A stretch of DNA of 64,000 nt from Promethearchaeota archaeon (GTDB lineage Archaea; Asgardarchaeota; Hermodarchaeia; Hermodarchaeales; Hermodarchaeaceae). This document shows positions 28,214-36,911 of the stretch, in pieces. Location of the stretch: positions 18,622-82,621 of the forward strand of contig JBHLPR010000001.1 in assembly GCA_048939245.1 (NCBI GenBank), in the 5' to 3' direction. Made by a program: the position numbers and the translations under genes. The notes beneath the pieces are model-generated. The model was not told the DNA's origin. It did no database searches and saw nothing but the letters and a program-made list of their open reading frames with translations. How positions within the stretch are numbered: position 1 is the first letter of the stretch; the number at the start of each line of letters is the position of its first letter.

Positions 28214-29167
28214 ATGTTTAAACTAGAGTATAGCCCTCATAGTATTGGCTGGGTATATTTGGTGAATATCATGGAACCCCCAATTGTAATTGACGCACAT
28301 ACTCGGCATGTTTCAGGAGTAATTTTTTCACCCGATAATACTATGCTCCTTTCGTCTGGCATGGATAATCTAGTCCAAGCATGGGCTACAGAAGAATGGA
28401 CACAACAACACACCTTCTTCGGTCACACAAATAGCGTGAATGCACTGGCAATAACGCCGCAAGGTGATTTTTTAATTACAGGTTCTACTGATACGACAGT
28501 TCGGGTTTGGGTTTTTCCATCCGGAGAAGTTGAACATACACTCAGTGGACATAAGAAAACGGTATCGGCTGTCGCAGTGTCAGCATCGGGTAAATACATC
28601 GCTTCCGGGTCCTACGATGGTTATGTAAAGATTTGGGAGTTAGCCTCCGGTCAAGAAATCCTATCACTCACCGAATTTGGACGAAATATCTCTTCTGTTG
28701 ATTTTTCTCCTGACGATAAATATCTAGTAGCTGGAGGCTTGGGTGATGATGTTCACTTGTGGAGTTTTCCTTCTGGCGAGCTTGTTCAAAAAATAAAAGG
28801 ACATGAGACCGCGGTCAACTCCGTAACCTTTTCTCCAAATGGAGAATTACTTGGATCGATAGGATATGAAGAAACTCTGATTATCCGGGATACTCGAAAT
28901 TGGAATCCCATTCATACCATTACCCTAGAATCACGGGCAAGTGATCTAACCTTTACAGCTGACAGCAAAAAAGTAGCTGCGGCTATTGATTATGGAGTCC
29001 GAATGTGGAATCTCCGAACCGGTGAAATCGATAGGCAATATGAGTTACCGATACAAGGTGTCTATACCGTAGCGGTCTCGCCCACGCGAAGATGGCTTGC
29101 AGTGGGTTCAGCAGATGGGAAGGTTAGAATCTGGCAAATTCGAAAATCACCAAAAAAGTCCAAATAA
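28214..29167 (+). CDS. WD40-repeat (about 7-blade beta-propeller) protein
   Basis: Repeating 'GH...V.....SPDG..L.SGS.D..V..W' units, e.g. 'LSGHKKTVSAVAVSASGKYIASGSYDGYVKIWEL'. The start may instead be ATG 28271. Confidence 0.9.
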   Translation: MFKLEYSPHSIGWVYLVNIMEPPIVIDAHTRHVSGVIFSPDNTMLLSSGMDNLVQAWATEEWTQQHTFFGHTNSVNALAITPQGDFLITGSTDTTVRVWVFPSGEVEHTLSGHKKTVSAVAVSASGKYIASGSYDGYVKIWELASGQEILSLTEFGRNISSVDFSPDDKYLVAGGLGDDVHLWSFPSGELVQKIKGHETAVNSVTFSPNGELLGSIGYEETLIIRDTRNWNPIHTITLESRASDLTFTADSKKVAAAIDYGVRMWNLRTGEIDRQYELPIQGVYTVAVSPTRRWLAVGSADGKVRIWQIRKSPKKSK

Positions 29168-29189
29168 GCCTAAACGCAATTACCAAAAT

Positions 29190-29400
29190 AGAAGTGTTGG
29201 AGGCCTCACCAACCGAAGCTATAGCGCTGGAAGGGTCATCGGTTCTCCCCTGATGCTTCCCAGGCATCTGCTGCTGTTACTAATCGGAAAAGGAGCGAGG
29301 GCGTCGGAGGTTAAGCGGCGCCCTCCGCCAAGAGGCAACGCCAAGAGTATTGCCTAATATGGAATCGTTAGTAACAGGTAACAACGGGTGTTGGTTATTT
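29190..29400. ncRNA. Candidate structured non-coding RNA (class and strand unresolved)
   Basis: It lies in a convergent intergenic gap. Hand count of 29281-29340 gives about 63% GC against the low 40s elsewhere. Complementary pairs read directly: 29274-29283/29368-29377 (10 bp), 29297-29306/29316-29325 (10 bp including one G-U), 29333-29338/29350-29355, 29227-29240/29252-29263 (bulged), 29196-29200/29209-29213. Confidence 0.35.
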
Positions 29401-29416
29401 TTTAAAGGGCTGGTGT

Positions 29417-29423
29417 AAAAAAA
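29417..29423 (-). terminator. Oligo-T (T7 on minus strand) terminator candidate for the 29455-30660 gene
   Basis: A run of 7 A on the plus strand, 32 nt downstream of the minus-strand stop codon. Archaeal terminators are typically oligo-T. Confidence 0.35.
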
Positions 29424-29454
29424 GGCACATCAAATACCCAATCGTTTCTGTGTG

Positions 29455-30660
29455 CTAATGTGAAGCGATATTGCTCAGCGATGGTCTGGTCAACTGTTGT
29501 TTTAATATGGATCGGACATCAGTCCAACTTAAGGCAACAAGAAGGGAGAATCCTACATAAGAAGCTCCAAACCATCGCCAGATTGCATAATCCATCCAAT
29601 ATAACGCAAAATCGTTGATATGGGTGGTGGCTGCAAAGAAAATGGGAACTAGCCAAAGTGTAACAGCAAGGCCAAGAAATGAGATGGGCGGGGTCTGGCG
29701 GGTTTGAATTAGCCTAATTATCCACCAGCCGAGTGTACCCCAGACCAGAATCATTTGGAACACTAAAATGGCGTAGAAAATGGGAATAGGCAAAATCGCT
29801 GGAACTGGATTAGTCGGATAATAACCATCAAAGGTTACGGGTGCTAAGACATTAAATGCGAGGACTCCAAAGCCGAACCAGAGAAAGGCACCAAGGTTAT
29901 GAACGAATTCGGGTAAACTTGCAGTCAGCATCATCGATGGATCTGGGGTTGGCTGAGCAATGATAGTATGAACCAGATACAAAATCAGCGATACTGCAAC
30001 TAGACCTGAGACACTTCCTACTGCTCGCCATTGACGACGTAACAGGAAAAAGATAAGAATTGCTGGTAGTGCGAAAATGAATGTCTCTTTAATAAGAAAT
30101 GCAAAAGCGATGAATCCACCCGCAAGCAAGGGCCGGCCTTTCCACGCCCAATACACTGACAAAATTGTGAAGGGCATAGCAAATAATGCAATTTGAAAGA
30201 GCGGTATCACATTAAAAAAGAAAGCATATTGCACGAAACTTGCAGCTAGTGCAGCCCAACCTGAATTCGTAATCTGGTTAACTACCCAAAACGTTAGCAC
30301 CAAGTTCAACGCTGCAGCAAATACACAAAGAACACTAAGAGGAAAAACAAAACTAGTTCCTGCCCAACCCGTTAGAAATGCTATTGGGTAAAATACCAAG
30401 GGTGTGCGATAAATCCTCAGATCACCCAGATCTCCGGTAATAAATGCTGCATGCCGCCAGGCAGTATAGAAGTCTTCGCCATTCAGCATGTAATAAATTA
30501 CCGTTTTGTGCATCGTATCATCATCAAGGGCAAGGCGGGGTACAAACTCTGTTCCCCATGAATAGGAAAGAAATACCATCCAGATTAGACTGCATACAGA
30601 AAGAAAAACGATGAACGCTGCTATTCCTTCTCGTCGAAGAAAGTCTGTAAGCGAAGGCAC
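29455..30660 (-). CDS. Polytopic membrane protein, possibly a GT-C-type glycosyltransferase (DUF2029/PMT-like)
   Basis: About 11 TM helices. The first loop is acidic, 'LALDDDTMHKTVIYYMLNGEDFY'. No other diagnostic motif. Confidence 0.3.
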   Translation of the reverse strand: MPSLTDFLRREGIAAFIVFLSVCSLIWMVFLSYSWGTEFVPRLALDDDTMHKTVIYYMLNGEDFYTAWRHAAFITGDLGDLRIYRTPLVFYPIAFLTGWAGTSFVFPLSVLCVFAAALNLVLTFWVVNQITNSGWAALAASFVQYAFFFNVIPLFQIALFAMPFTILSVYWAWKGRPLLAGGFIAFAFLIKETFIFALPAILIFFLLRRQWRAVGSVSGLVAVSLILYLVHTIIAQPTPDPSMMLTASLPEFVHNLGAFLWFGFGVLAFNVLAPVTFDGYYPTNPVPAILPIPIFYAILVFQMILVWGTLGWWIIRLIQTRQTPPISFLGLAVTLWLVPIFFAATTHINDFALYWMDYAIWRWFGASYVGFSLLVALSWTDVRSILKQQLTRPSLSNIASH

Positions 30661-30783
30661 AGAGACTACACCACTCTATCAATGGAGAATATAATGTTCT
30701 TCTATTTGAAGAGTAACCATTCAAAAGATTTCGGCATCACGAGGGAATTAGATGTTCAAAAAGTGTCGCCAACTGTTAGCCTT

Positions 30784-31098
30784 TTACACATCACAAACAG
30801 TACAGGATTTACGAACGGTTTGACAAATGTTACAGACCCCTTTCGTAATTTGCTCTTCTGTAAGCGAGCCTTTACTAATTTTACGCGCAAGTTCTTCAAT
30901 AGTTTCTTGGACGTCTTTTCCTAAATCAACAGATGAACCGCGCTCTCCTTTCATATAATGCGAGATGGTGGCTTCAGTAGTTCCCAAGATTTTAGATACT
31001 TGGACTTGAGTCATTCCCTGCTTAACTAAGGCTTGCGCTAGCGAGGATTTAATCGCTGGAAGTGCCTTCCAAACTACAGTTTCACAAGGAAATGCCAT
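30784..31098 (-). CDS. HTH (XRE-like) transcriptional regulator with C-terminal Cys cluster
   Basis: 'QALVKQGMTQVQVSKILGTTEATISHYMKGER', with C-terminal 'CNICQTVRKSCTVC'. The ORF is open to TTG 31128. ATG 31098 lies about 30 nt downstream of the minus-strand 'TTAATATA'. Confidence 0.6.
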   Translation of the reverse strand: MAFPCETVVWKALPAIKSSLAQALVKQGMTQVQVSKILGTTEATISHYMKGERGSSVDLGKDVQETIEELARKISKGSLTEEQITKGVCNICQTVRKSCTVCDV

Positions 31099-31151
31099 AT
31101 CTAAAACCTCTGTATTATGTGTAGCCAATATATTAACAATGTTAAGATTGT

Positions 31152-31196
31152 TTAGTGTGGCTCAAATGTTCAATTTAAGTCTTAGCCACTCACTAA
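31152..31196. promoter_or_regulatory. Imperfect inverted repeat (TTAGTG--TGGCT / AGCCACTCACTAA), candidate operator
   Basis: Read directly. It sits in the divergent promoter region between the HTH regulator and the SF2 helicase. The arms are separated by 21 nt. Confidence 0.3.
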
Positions 31197-31244
31197 TCCA
31201 CCTCTCTTTAAAGCGCAAGCTGGTTCTTCCCAACGTGGTTTTCC

Positions 31245-31258
31245 ATAATTATATAAAT
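31245..31258 (+). promoter_or_regulatory. TATA-box-like element upstream of the helicase gene
   Basis: 'ATAATTATATAAAT' is centred about 41 nt before GTG 31294. Confidence 0.4.
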
Positions 31259-31293
31259 CCAAGTTCAAAACCCAAGTCGGCATTCAACCGTGG

Positions 31294-33054
31294 GTGAATC
31301 GTGTGGATCAAAAAACATCGCTAACTCCTCGCTTATACCAGCTCAATGCCAGAGACCAGATTCTAGAAATACTTGAAACAGGTGAACAACGAGTATTCAT
31401 TGTACTACTTCCAACAGGAATGGGAAAAACCTTCATTTCCACTCTTACCTTAGAAGTCCTCTTCGAACGTGGAGTTTTAGCTGATGATGAGAAAGTCCTT
31501 TTTCTTGTACAAGATCGGAAGCTTAAGCACCAATTATATGAAATGGCGAAATCCTATGGATTAACATCGTATGGTTACCTTTTCCTTTTAGATGATCAGC
31601 AAAGTCTTCCAGCTCGAATGTGCCGCGACCATGCGGCCCTAGCTAAATTTATTTTTGCTACTCCAATTCTGTTGATGAATGCTGTAGCAGGGAAAACCAA
31701 ACGCATTGATAAAGAAACACTCGCTAAAGTCAAAGTAGTCATTATCGATGAAATCCTCGATATTTTTGCTCAAAGCTATGGGAAGAAACGTCCAAGGGCT
31801 GACACAATTGCATTTATCGAAAAACGATTTGGAGACGGGCGAAACTTTCAACAGATAATTATGGACTTGAAGCACGAACTCGAAACTAGTGGAACACTGG
31901 ATTACGAAATCGATGAGACGCGATTAGCTGACCAAGTAATACGAGAATTCTCCTTTCAAAGCTACCGCATCAACAAGACCTATGACCCAATCATTCGATT
32001 TCTGGACCTTCTGAGCAAAGAATCCTACCGTATCGTTATTGGGCTAACTGCGTCGCTCTCTCAAGATGTAAAAATTGACCTTCTGAAAAAGACCTTCGGA
32101 GGCGACGATGTAGTTGCTGAAATCCGGCCTATAGGAGATGACTTTGAATCTCATCAACCTGCCTATGAGCTAAAACGAATTCGTGTCTTTGATGAATGGG
32201 TAACCGAAGTTGATGACCTAATTTCTGATATTAAACGAGTGCACCTGAGACGACTAAACAGCGCTTATCAGATAATAACGGGGATACAGGAAATACCTAG
32301 CGATCGGATTCTCCTTTTCATAACTGATCTTCTCAGGAAGAAAGGACAACAGACTAAACTCCTTGAACATTTCAGAGGAGACAAGCAGCAATTACTCTCT
32401 ATACTCAGCACTGCTCGCGCTTATCTACTTATGACTGTAGCACGTCAACATCTCCTCGAAGGAACCTTCCGTTCTTTTAGTGCATTCATCAAAAAAATCA
32501 CGAATCGAGTTTTACAATCTAACTCCGAGTTTTCCGTCATCCTAAAAAAAGTAGAAACCAGAACACAAAATGTAGATCCCGATAAAAAAGAAGAAAGAAT
32601 GCTTTACTGGCTTAATCGATTTCACACCCAAGGAAAAAGGGTTCTAATATTATGTCGGTTCGTTGACATGACCCGTCATCTTGCCAACCAGGCAGCCCGT
32701 GAAGGCATTAAATGTACCTATGTTCATGGGAAAATGCATGGAGCTCAACAGTATGCACAAATTCAATCATTCAAGGATGGTAAGGTTTCAGCTTTGTTTG
32801 CATCCGAGCGGTTGATTGAGAAGGGTACCGATTTACCCGAAGCTGACGTGGGAATATATTATGGCACAACGCTCTCATTAGCTCGCTACGAACAGAGCTT
32901 AGGACGTATTCGCAGTAATGTACAAAACATCAAAACATTCTACACACTGAGTTATGATCAAACCATTGAAGCGGAAAAATCATTGAAACGTGATACGATG
33001 TTCCTAGAACTTATGGGCAAGCGATTGAAGCGATTATTTCCATACAACGAATAA
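31294..33054 (+). CDS. Superfamily-2 helicase (DExD/H-related, Hef/RIG-I-like layout) with atypical motif II
   Basis: Motif I 'LPTGMGKTF', motif II 'VVIIDEILD', motif III 'GLTAS', motif VI 'YEQSLGRIR'. A long insert lies between the two RecA lobes. Confidence 0.75.
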   Translation: MNRVDQKTSLTPRLYQLNARDQILEILETGEQRVFIVLLPTGMGKTFISTLTLEVLFERGVLADDEKVLFLVQDRKLKHQLYEMAKSYGLTSYGYLFLLDDQQSLPARMCRDHAALAKFIFATPILLMNAVAGKTKRIDKETLAKVKVVIIDEILDIFAQSYGKKRPRADTIAFIEKRFGDGRNFQQIIMDLKHELETSGTLDYEIDETRLADQVIREFSFQSYRINKTYDPIIRFLDLLSKESYRIVIGLTASLSQDVKIDLLKKTFGGDDVVAEIRPIGDDFESHQPAYELKRIRVFDEWVTEVDDLISDIKRVHLRRLNSAYQIITGIQEIPSDRILLFITDLLRKKGQQTKLLEHFRGDKQQLLSILSTARAYLLMTVARQHLLEGTFRSFSAFIKKITNRVLQSNSEFSVILKKVETRTQNVDPDKKEERMLYWLNRFHTQGKRVLILCRFVDMTRHLANQAAREGIKCTYVHGKMHGAQQYAQIQSFKDGKVSALFASERLIEKGTDLPEADVGIYYGTTLSLARYEQSLGRIRSNVQNIKTFYTLSYDQTIEAEKSLKRDTMFLELMGKRLKRLFPYNE

Positions 33055-33154
33055 TTTTATCCAATATGCAACTAGCACGAAGGTTTTGAGGGGAACCTTC
33101 AATAAAGACAGAAATAATATGGGTCACTGAGAACCCGATTTCTGGAGGCTTATT

Positions 33155-34429
33155 ATGCTGCCTGAAGATATGCGTCGTGACTTACCCATTACCCAACAAT
33201 ATATCTACTTAGATAATGCGGCAACAACTCCTGTTCCAAACCCGATAATTGATACTATAATTGAGTACTTCGAGGAATATTGTGCAAACATTGAAAGAGG
33301 CGCTTACTCTATTGCTGCAAAAGCCTCGGAAGTCTGTGATGCAGCTCGTGAAGAAGTGGCCACGCGACTGCTCCATTGTGATGTTGAAGAATTCATATTT
33401 ACTAGAAATCAAACACAAGCAGCAAATCACGTGGCTTATGCCTTAGAACATGCTTTTTTGAATCGATGGAGTACCGGTTTCCAATTTGCACCTCCTCTGG
33501 TCAAATGGACGTCAAAGAGCAAAATCGTAACAACTCTGCTTGAACATCATTCAAATTTCATGCCTTGGTTACGGCTAGCTAAACATGTTAATGCCCAATT
33601 CCATACTATCACTCCTACCATGGAAGGTCGTCTTTTACCCGAGATGTTTGCTGAAGTAGTAGATGAAGATACCAAGTTCGTTGCCTTTCAGCACGCTTCG
33701 AATGCAATGGGAACCAAACATGATGTTCCCGCCATCATTCACGCAATCAAAACAGCAAATCCAAATTGCTTGGTCTTCGTTGATGGCGCTCAAGGGGCAG
33801 GACATATGCCTGTAGATGTCAAAGCGCTCGGTTGCGATTTCTATTCCTTTTCAGGTCATAAAGGACCACTAGGACCGCCGGGAACTGGGGGGCTATTTGT
33901 TCGCGAGGAATTATTACGCCGGATGGCTCCAACGGAAGTAGGAGGTGGTGTTATCAGCTCTGTAACGGCGGAGGATTATATGTTACGTAGTGATCATCGT
34001 GCTCGAAGATGGAATGCAGGCACACCGAATATCATCGGATTAATTGCGTTGGGTGCAGCGGTCAGGTACCTCAACCGGTTTGGTCCTGAAAAAGTAGCAG
34101 AGCATGAGCACAAGCTCACTAGACATCTTTTAGAGGGACTTCAAGACATTCCCACTCTCGCTATCTATGGACCAAAGAATGATATGACCTGGAAAGTTGG
34201 TGCCGTATGTTTCAATATTGAAGGATGGAAATCCTATGATGTGAGTCTAGCTTTGGACTCCCAATGGAAAATCCTTACACGTGCAGGGCACCATTGCTGT
34301 CAACCCCTAATGCGCCTATTAGGTTTGTTGGACCAATATAACGGAAATGTCCGAGCGAGCTTTCATTACTTCAATCTTATCGAAGAAGTTGATACTCTCA
34401 TTGAGGCTATCAAAACCCTAGCAGGCTAG
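33155..34429 (+). CDS. Cysteine desulfurase (class-V aminotransferase, SufS/Csd-like)
   Basis: 'YLDNAATTP', PLP-Lys context 'FSGHKGPLGPPGTGGLFV', active-site Cys context 'RAGHHCCQPL'. Confidence 0.85.
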   Translation: MLPEDMRRDLPITQQYIYLDNAATTPVPNPIIDTIIEYFEEYCANIERGAYSIAAKASEVCDAAREEVATRLLHCDVEEFIFTRNQTQAANHVAYALEHAFLNRWSTGFQFAPPLVKWTSKSKIVTTLLEHHSNFMPWLRLAKHVNAQFHTITPTMEGRLLPEMFAEVVDEDTKFVAFQHASNAMGTKHDVPAIIHAIKTANPNCLVFVDGAQGAGHMPVDVKALGCDFYSFSGHKGPLGPPGTGGLFVREELLRRMAPTEVGGGVISSVTAEDYMLRSDHRARRWNAGTPNIIGLIALGAAVRYLNRFGPEKVAEHEHKLTRHLLEGLQDIPTLAIYGPKNDMTWKVGAVCFNIEGWKSYDVSLALDSQWKILTRAGHHCCQPLMRLLGLLDQYNGNVRASFHYFNLIEEVDTLIEAIKTLAG

Positions 34430-34431
34430 AT

Positions 34432-35184
34432 TCAATCCGGTGAGTTACAGTTCGCACAAACCAGACAATCTTCATGTCGTGCGATGGGAAATTGGTCAAA
34501 TCGAAGACTATTCAAATCTACAAATAAGAGATGTCCTGCTAATCTCGGTTGTAATCCCAAGATAATGCGCAGTGCTTCATGAACCTGAATATTCGCAACA
34601 ACTCCCAGAAGCGTTGGATACACTCCAATCGTTTCACAGGTTGGTTGTTGCTCATCATCGACGCCCCCATATATGCATTCTAGACAAGCAGTTTTACCAG
34701 GGAGAATCGTCGTTAGATTTCCTGTAGCTCCTAAAGCACCAGCAAACAAATACGGAATGCCATGTCTGCAGCAGGCTTCATTGAGAAGATACCGGGGGGC
34801 AAACCGGTCGAGTCCATCAACCACCAAATCCATCTCATCAAGAATATCATCAACTGTATCCGCTGTTAATCGTGTTTCTATTGGTTCTATCGTCACGTCA
34901 GGATTAAGCGGTTGTAACCTTCGCGCGGCTAAATGCACCTTGAGCTTTTCTAAATCCTTTTCACGGTATAGAAATTGACGTTGTAGATTAGATGCTACTA
35001 CCACATCCGGATCAACAATACGTAAGTGGTTTACTCCTAATGTTGCAAGTTTAGTAGCTGAGATGCTTCCCAGTCCACCAATTCCCACTACCACAACCTT
35101 TGCTCGCCGGATTTTTGCAAATCCCTTTTCTCCAATATCTCGCAGTACAGTGAAACGAGAATAACGGGCAGGGATTTCTGGCAT
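34432..35184 (-). CDS. ThiF/MoeB/UbaA-family E1-like adenylyltransferase
   Basis: 'VVVVGIGGLGS', 'SNLQRQ', and zinc motifs 'CLEC' and 'CLVCANC'. Confidence 0.85.
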   Translation of the reverse strand: MPEIPARYSRFTVLRDIGEKGFAKIRRAKVVVVGIGGLGSISATKLATLGVNHLRIVDPDVVVASNLQRQFLYREKDLEKLKVHLAARRLQPLNPDVTIEPIETRLTADTVDDILDEMDLVVDGLDRFAPRYLLNEACCRHGIPYLFAGALGATGNLTTILPGKTACLECIYGGVDDEQQPTCETIGVYPTLLGVVANIQVHEALRIILGLQPRLAGHLLFVDLNSLRFDQFPIARHEDCLVCANCNSPD

Positions 35185-35204
35185 GGAAGGTTCTCCACTA
35201 GTGG

Positions 35205-36734
35205 CTAGAGGGCTGCCTTCTGTTTTGCTTCTTCAAAAAGCTCTCGACCTTTATCTGACACTTCGATATTCGCTGATGGGAGTCCTCGTCCTGCTGTTCG
35301 ATGGATGGAAACCAGGTCTTCTTCTTGAAGGTCAAGGAAGAATTTATCGAGCCAAGCTGCTAACGAAATTCCCAGTGAAGGACTAAATCCAAGTTCCTTT
35401 GCGGAAACATTGTACTTGCCTTCGACAATTTTTGCTGCAAAGGTTGTCAAAACAATATAATGTTGGTCTTTCTTGAGCAGGATATCCTGAATTTGGCTAC
35501 GGGCCTCTAGTGCATTAAGGCGATCACGAATCTCTGCAAATCGTGCATAGTCTTCTTTCATCTTTTCTAGTTCTGCACGCGCTCGTTCGAGCTGATTTTC
35601 TAGATCCTCTTTATCCTTGCTGAGCGTATCTCGATCCTTTGAAACTGCCTTCAGACCTTTTTGCTCTTCTTCTAGTTCAGCTATCCTCGATTCCTGGGAT
35701 TCTTTCAGGCTAGTCATTTTTTCTAATTGTGCTTCTAAATCAGCAATTTGTTTGTTGGCTTTAACGGTTTCAGCTTTGGCTGTTTCTAATTCTTGTTGGA
35801 TTTCAACTACTTTCTCTGTTCCAGCTTCCGCTTCCGCCTTTACCTCTTCGAGTTGAGTAACAGATTCTTTAAGATCCACAACTTCTTTTTCAACAGTCTC
35901 TAGTTTAGTTTCAGAAGCCTCTAATTTCTTACTTTCCTCTTGCAACCGCTGTTCTAAGATTTTGTTTGTCTCCTGAGCCTGCTCTAACTTCGTTGTTAAT
36001 GATTTCACTTGATCCTCTAATTCCTTCTTTGAAGTCGTTGCAGCTGAAGCAGCTGTAGCTGCAGCCGCTTGTGCTGCCGCGAGTTTAGCATTAACTTCAT
36101 CAAGTTCTTTGACCGCTGCTTCACGTTCGGAAAGAGCTTTCTTGCTATCTTCTTGGACCTTTAGTAAATCTGCTTCTGCTTTTTTCAACGATTCTGATAA
36201 TTGCTTATTCGTTTCTCGCAGCTTGTCGATTCGACGCGCATCCCGTGTTGAGCGTGATTGCATTTGCTTCTCTAAATCTGCAATTTTTACTCGCGCATCC
36301 GCTAATTCTTTCTCCAATTCTTCACGTGTTTTCTGTGAAGCTGCAATTTCATCTTGTAACCGTTTTCGGAGTTCTTCACGCTCTGACTCGGTCATCGAAG
36401 CTAATGCGCTAAGTTCGTCTGCAGCTCCTGATAAACCTGCTTTTGCTTGCGTAATTTCCTGAATTTTCGCTCGGGCCTGCTCACTAAATCGTTTAGACTC
36501 CGAAGTTACACCTTCTCGCACATCATTGACAATCGGTCCACTTAATCTTCCAAAACCAATTTGTTCCATGCGTTGTTCTACCCGATCAGCAATCATCATA
36601 AGGCTTCGTTGAAGATCTCGAACCAGAACATCGAAGGCATCGACCAGATTCGTGGTTAGTACTTCAATTTGCCGTTTGAGCTCTTCGGACCGTTGAGCTT
36701 TATCTGGAGCTTCTTCTGTCATTTTACCCACCAA
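35205..36734 (-). CDS. Long coiled-coil protein with Ala-rich hinge and C-terminal winged-helix-like domain
   Basis: About 350 aa of E/K/L/Q heptad-like sequence, a central 'AAAQAAAATAASAATTS', and a C-terminal 'LVSIHRTAGRGLPSANIEVSDKGRELFEE'. Ends 20 nt upstream of the E1-like gene. Confidence 0.65.
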   Translation of the reverse strand: MVGKMTEEAPDKAQRSEELKRQIEVLTTNLVDAFDVLVRDLQRSLMMIADRVEQRMEQIGFGRLSGPIVNDVREGVTSESKRFSEQARAKIQEITQAKAGLSGAADELSALASMTESEREELRKRLQDEIAASQKTREELEKELADARVKIADLEKQMQSRSTRDARRIDKLRETNKQLSESLKKAEADLLKVQEDSKKALSEREAAVKELDEVNAKLAAAQAAAATAASAATTSKKELEDQVKSLTTKLEQAQETNKILEQRLQEESKKLEASETKLETVEKEVVDLKESVTQLEEVKAEAEAGTEKVVEIQQELETAKAETVKANKQIADLEAQLEKMTSLKESQESRIAELEEEQKGLKAVSKDRDTLSKDKEDLENQLERARAELEKMKEDYARFAEIRDRLNALEARSQIQDILLKKDQHYIVLTTFAAKIVEGKYNVSAKELGFSPSLGISLAAWLDKFFLDLQEEDLVSIHRTAGRGLPSANIEVSDKGRELFEEAKQKAAL

Positions 36735-36911
36735 TATTGAAAGGAACCCTTCTCACATAAGTTGAGCTATCGAACCTAGATAAGGTTTGCTGCGCTCGCA
36801 TAAAAAATCCCTCCTTCCTAAAGGCTGCGCAGAAACTGTTGGTTCAAGAAACCATAGCCTTTTTAGGTAAGCTCTCCTTCGAAACGATAATTCTCAAAGA
36901 AGCTGGTTATT

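Noticed and set aside
29274-29283. 'UACUAAC' (yeast branch-point-like) inside the candidate RNA, complementary to 'GUUAGUAAC'.
   Set aside because: A 7-mer match is expected by chance. Here it is simply one strand of a local helix, and nothing else resembles spliceosomal components.
29097-29357. An 86-aa ORF running from the end of the WD40 gene into the GC-rich intergenic block.
   Set aside because: It overlaps the WD40 C-terminus out of frame. Its R/G/P/L-rich sequence is typical of translating GC-rich structured DNA. The helices in this region explain the sequence better than a protein does.
35617-36462. Antisense ORFs 35617-35856 and 36109-36462 (Ser/Ala/Phe-rich) opposite the coiled-coil gene.
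   Set aside because: These are a typical mirror artefact of a GAA/AAG/GCT-rich coiled-coil coding sequence. They are low-complexity and have no start-site context.
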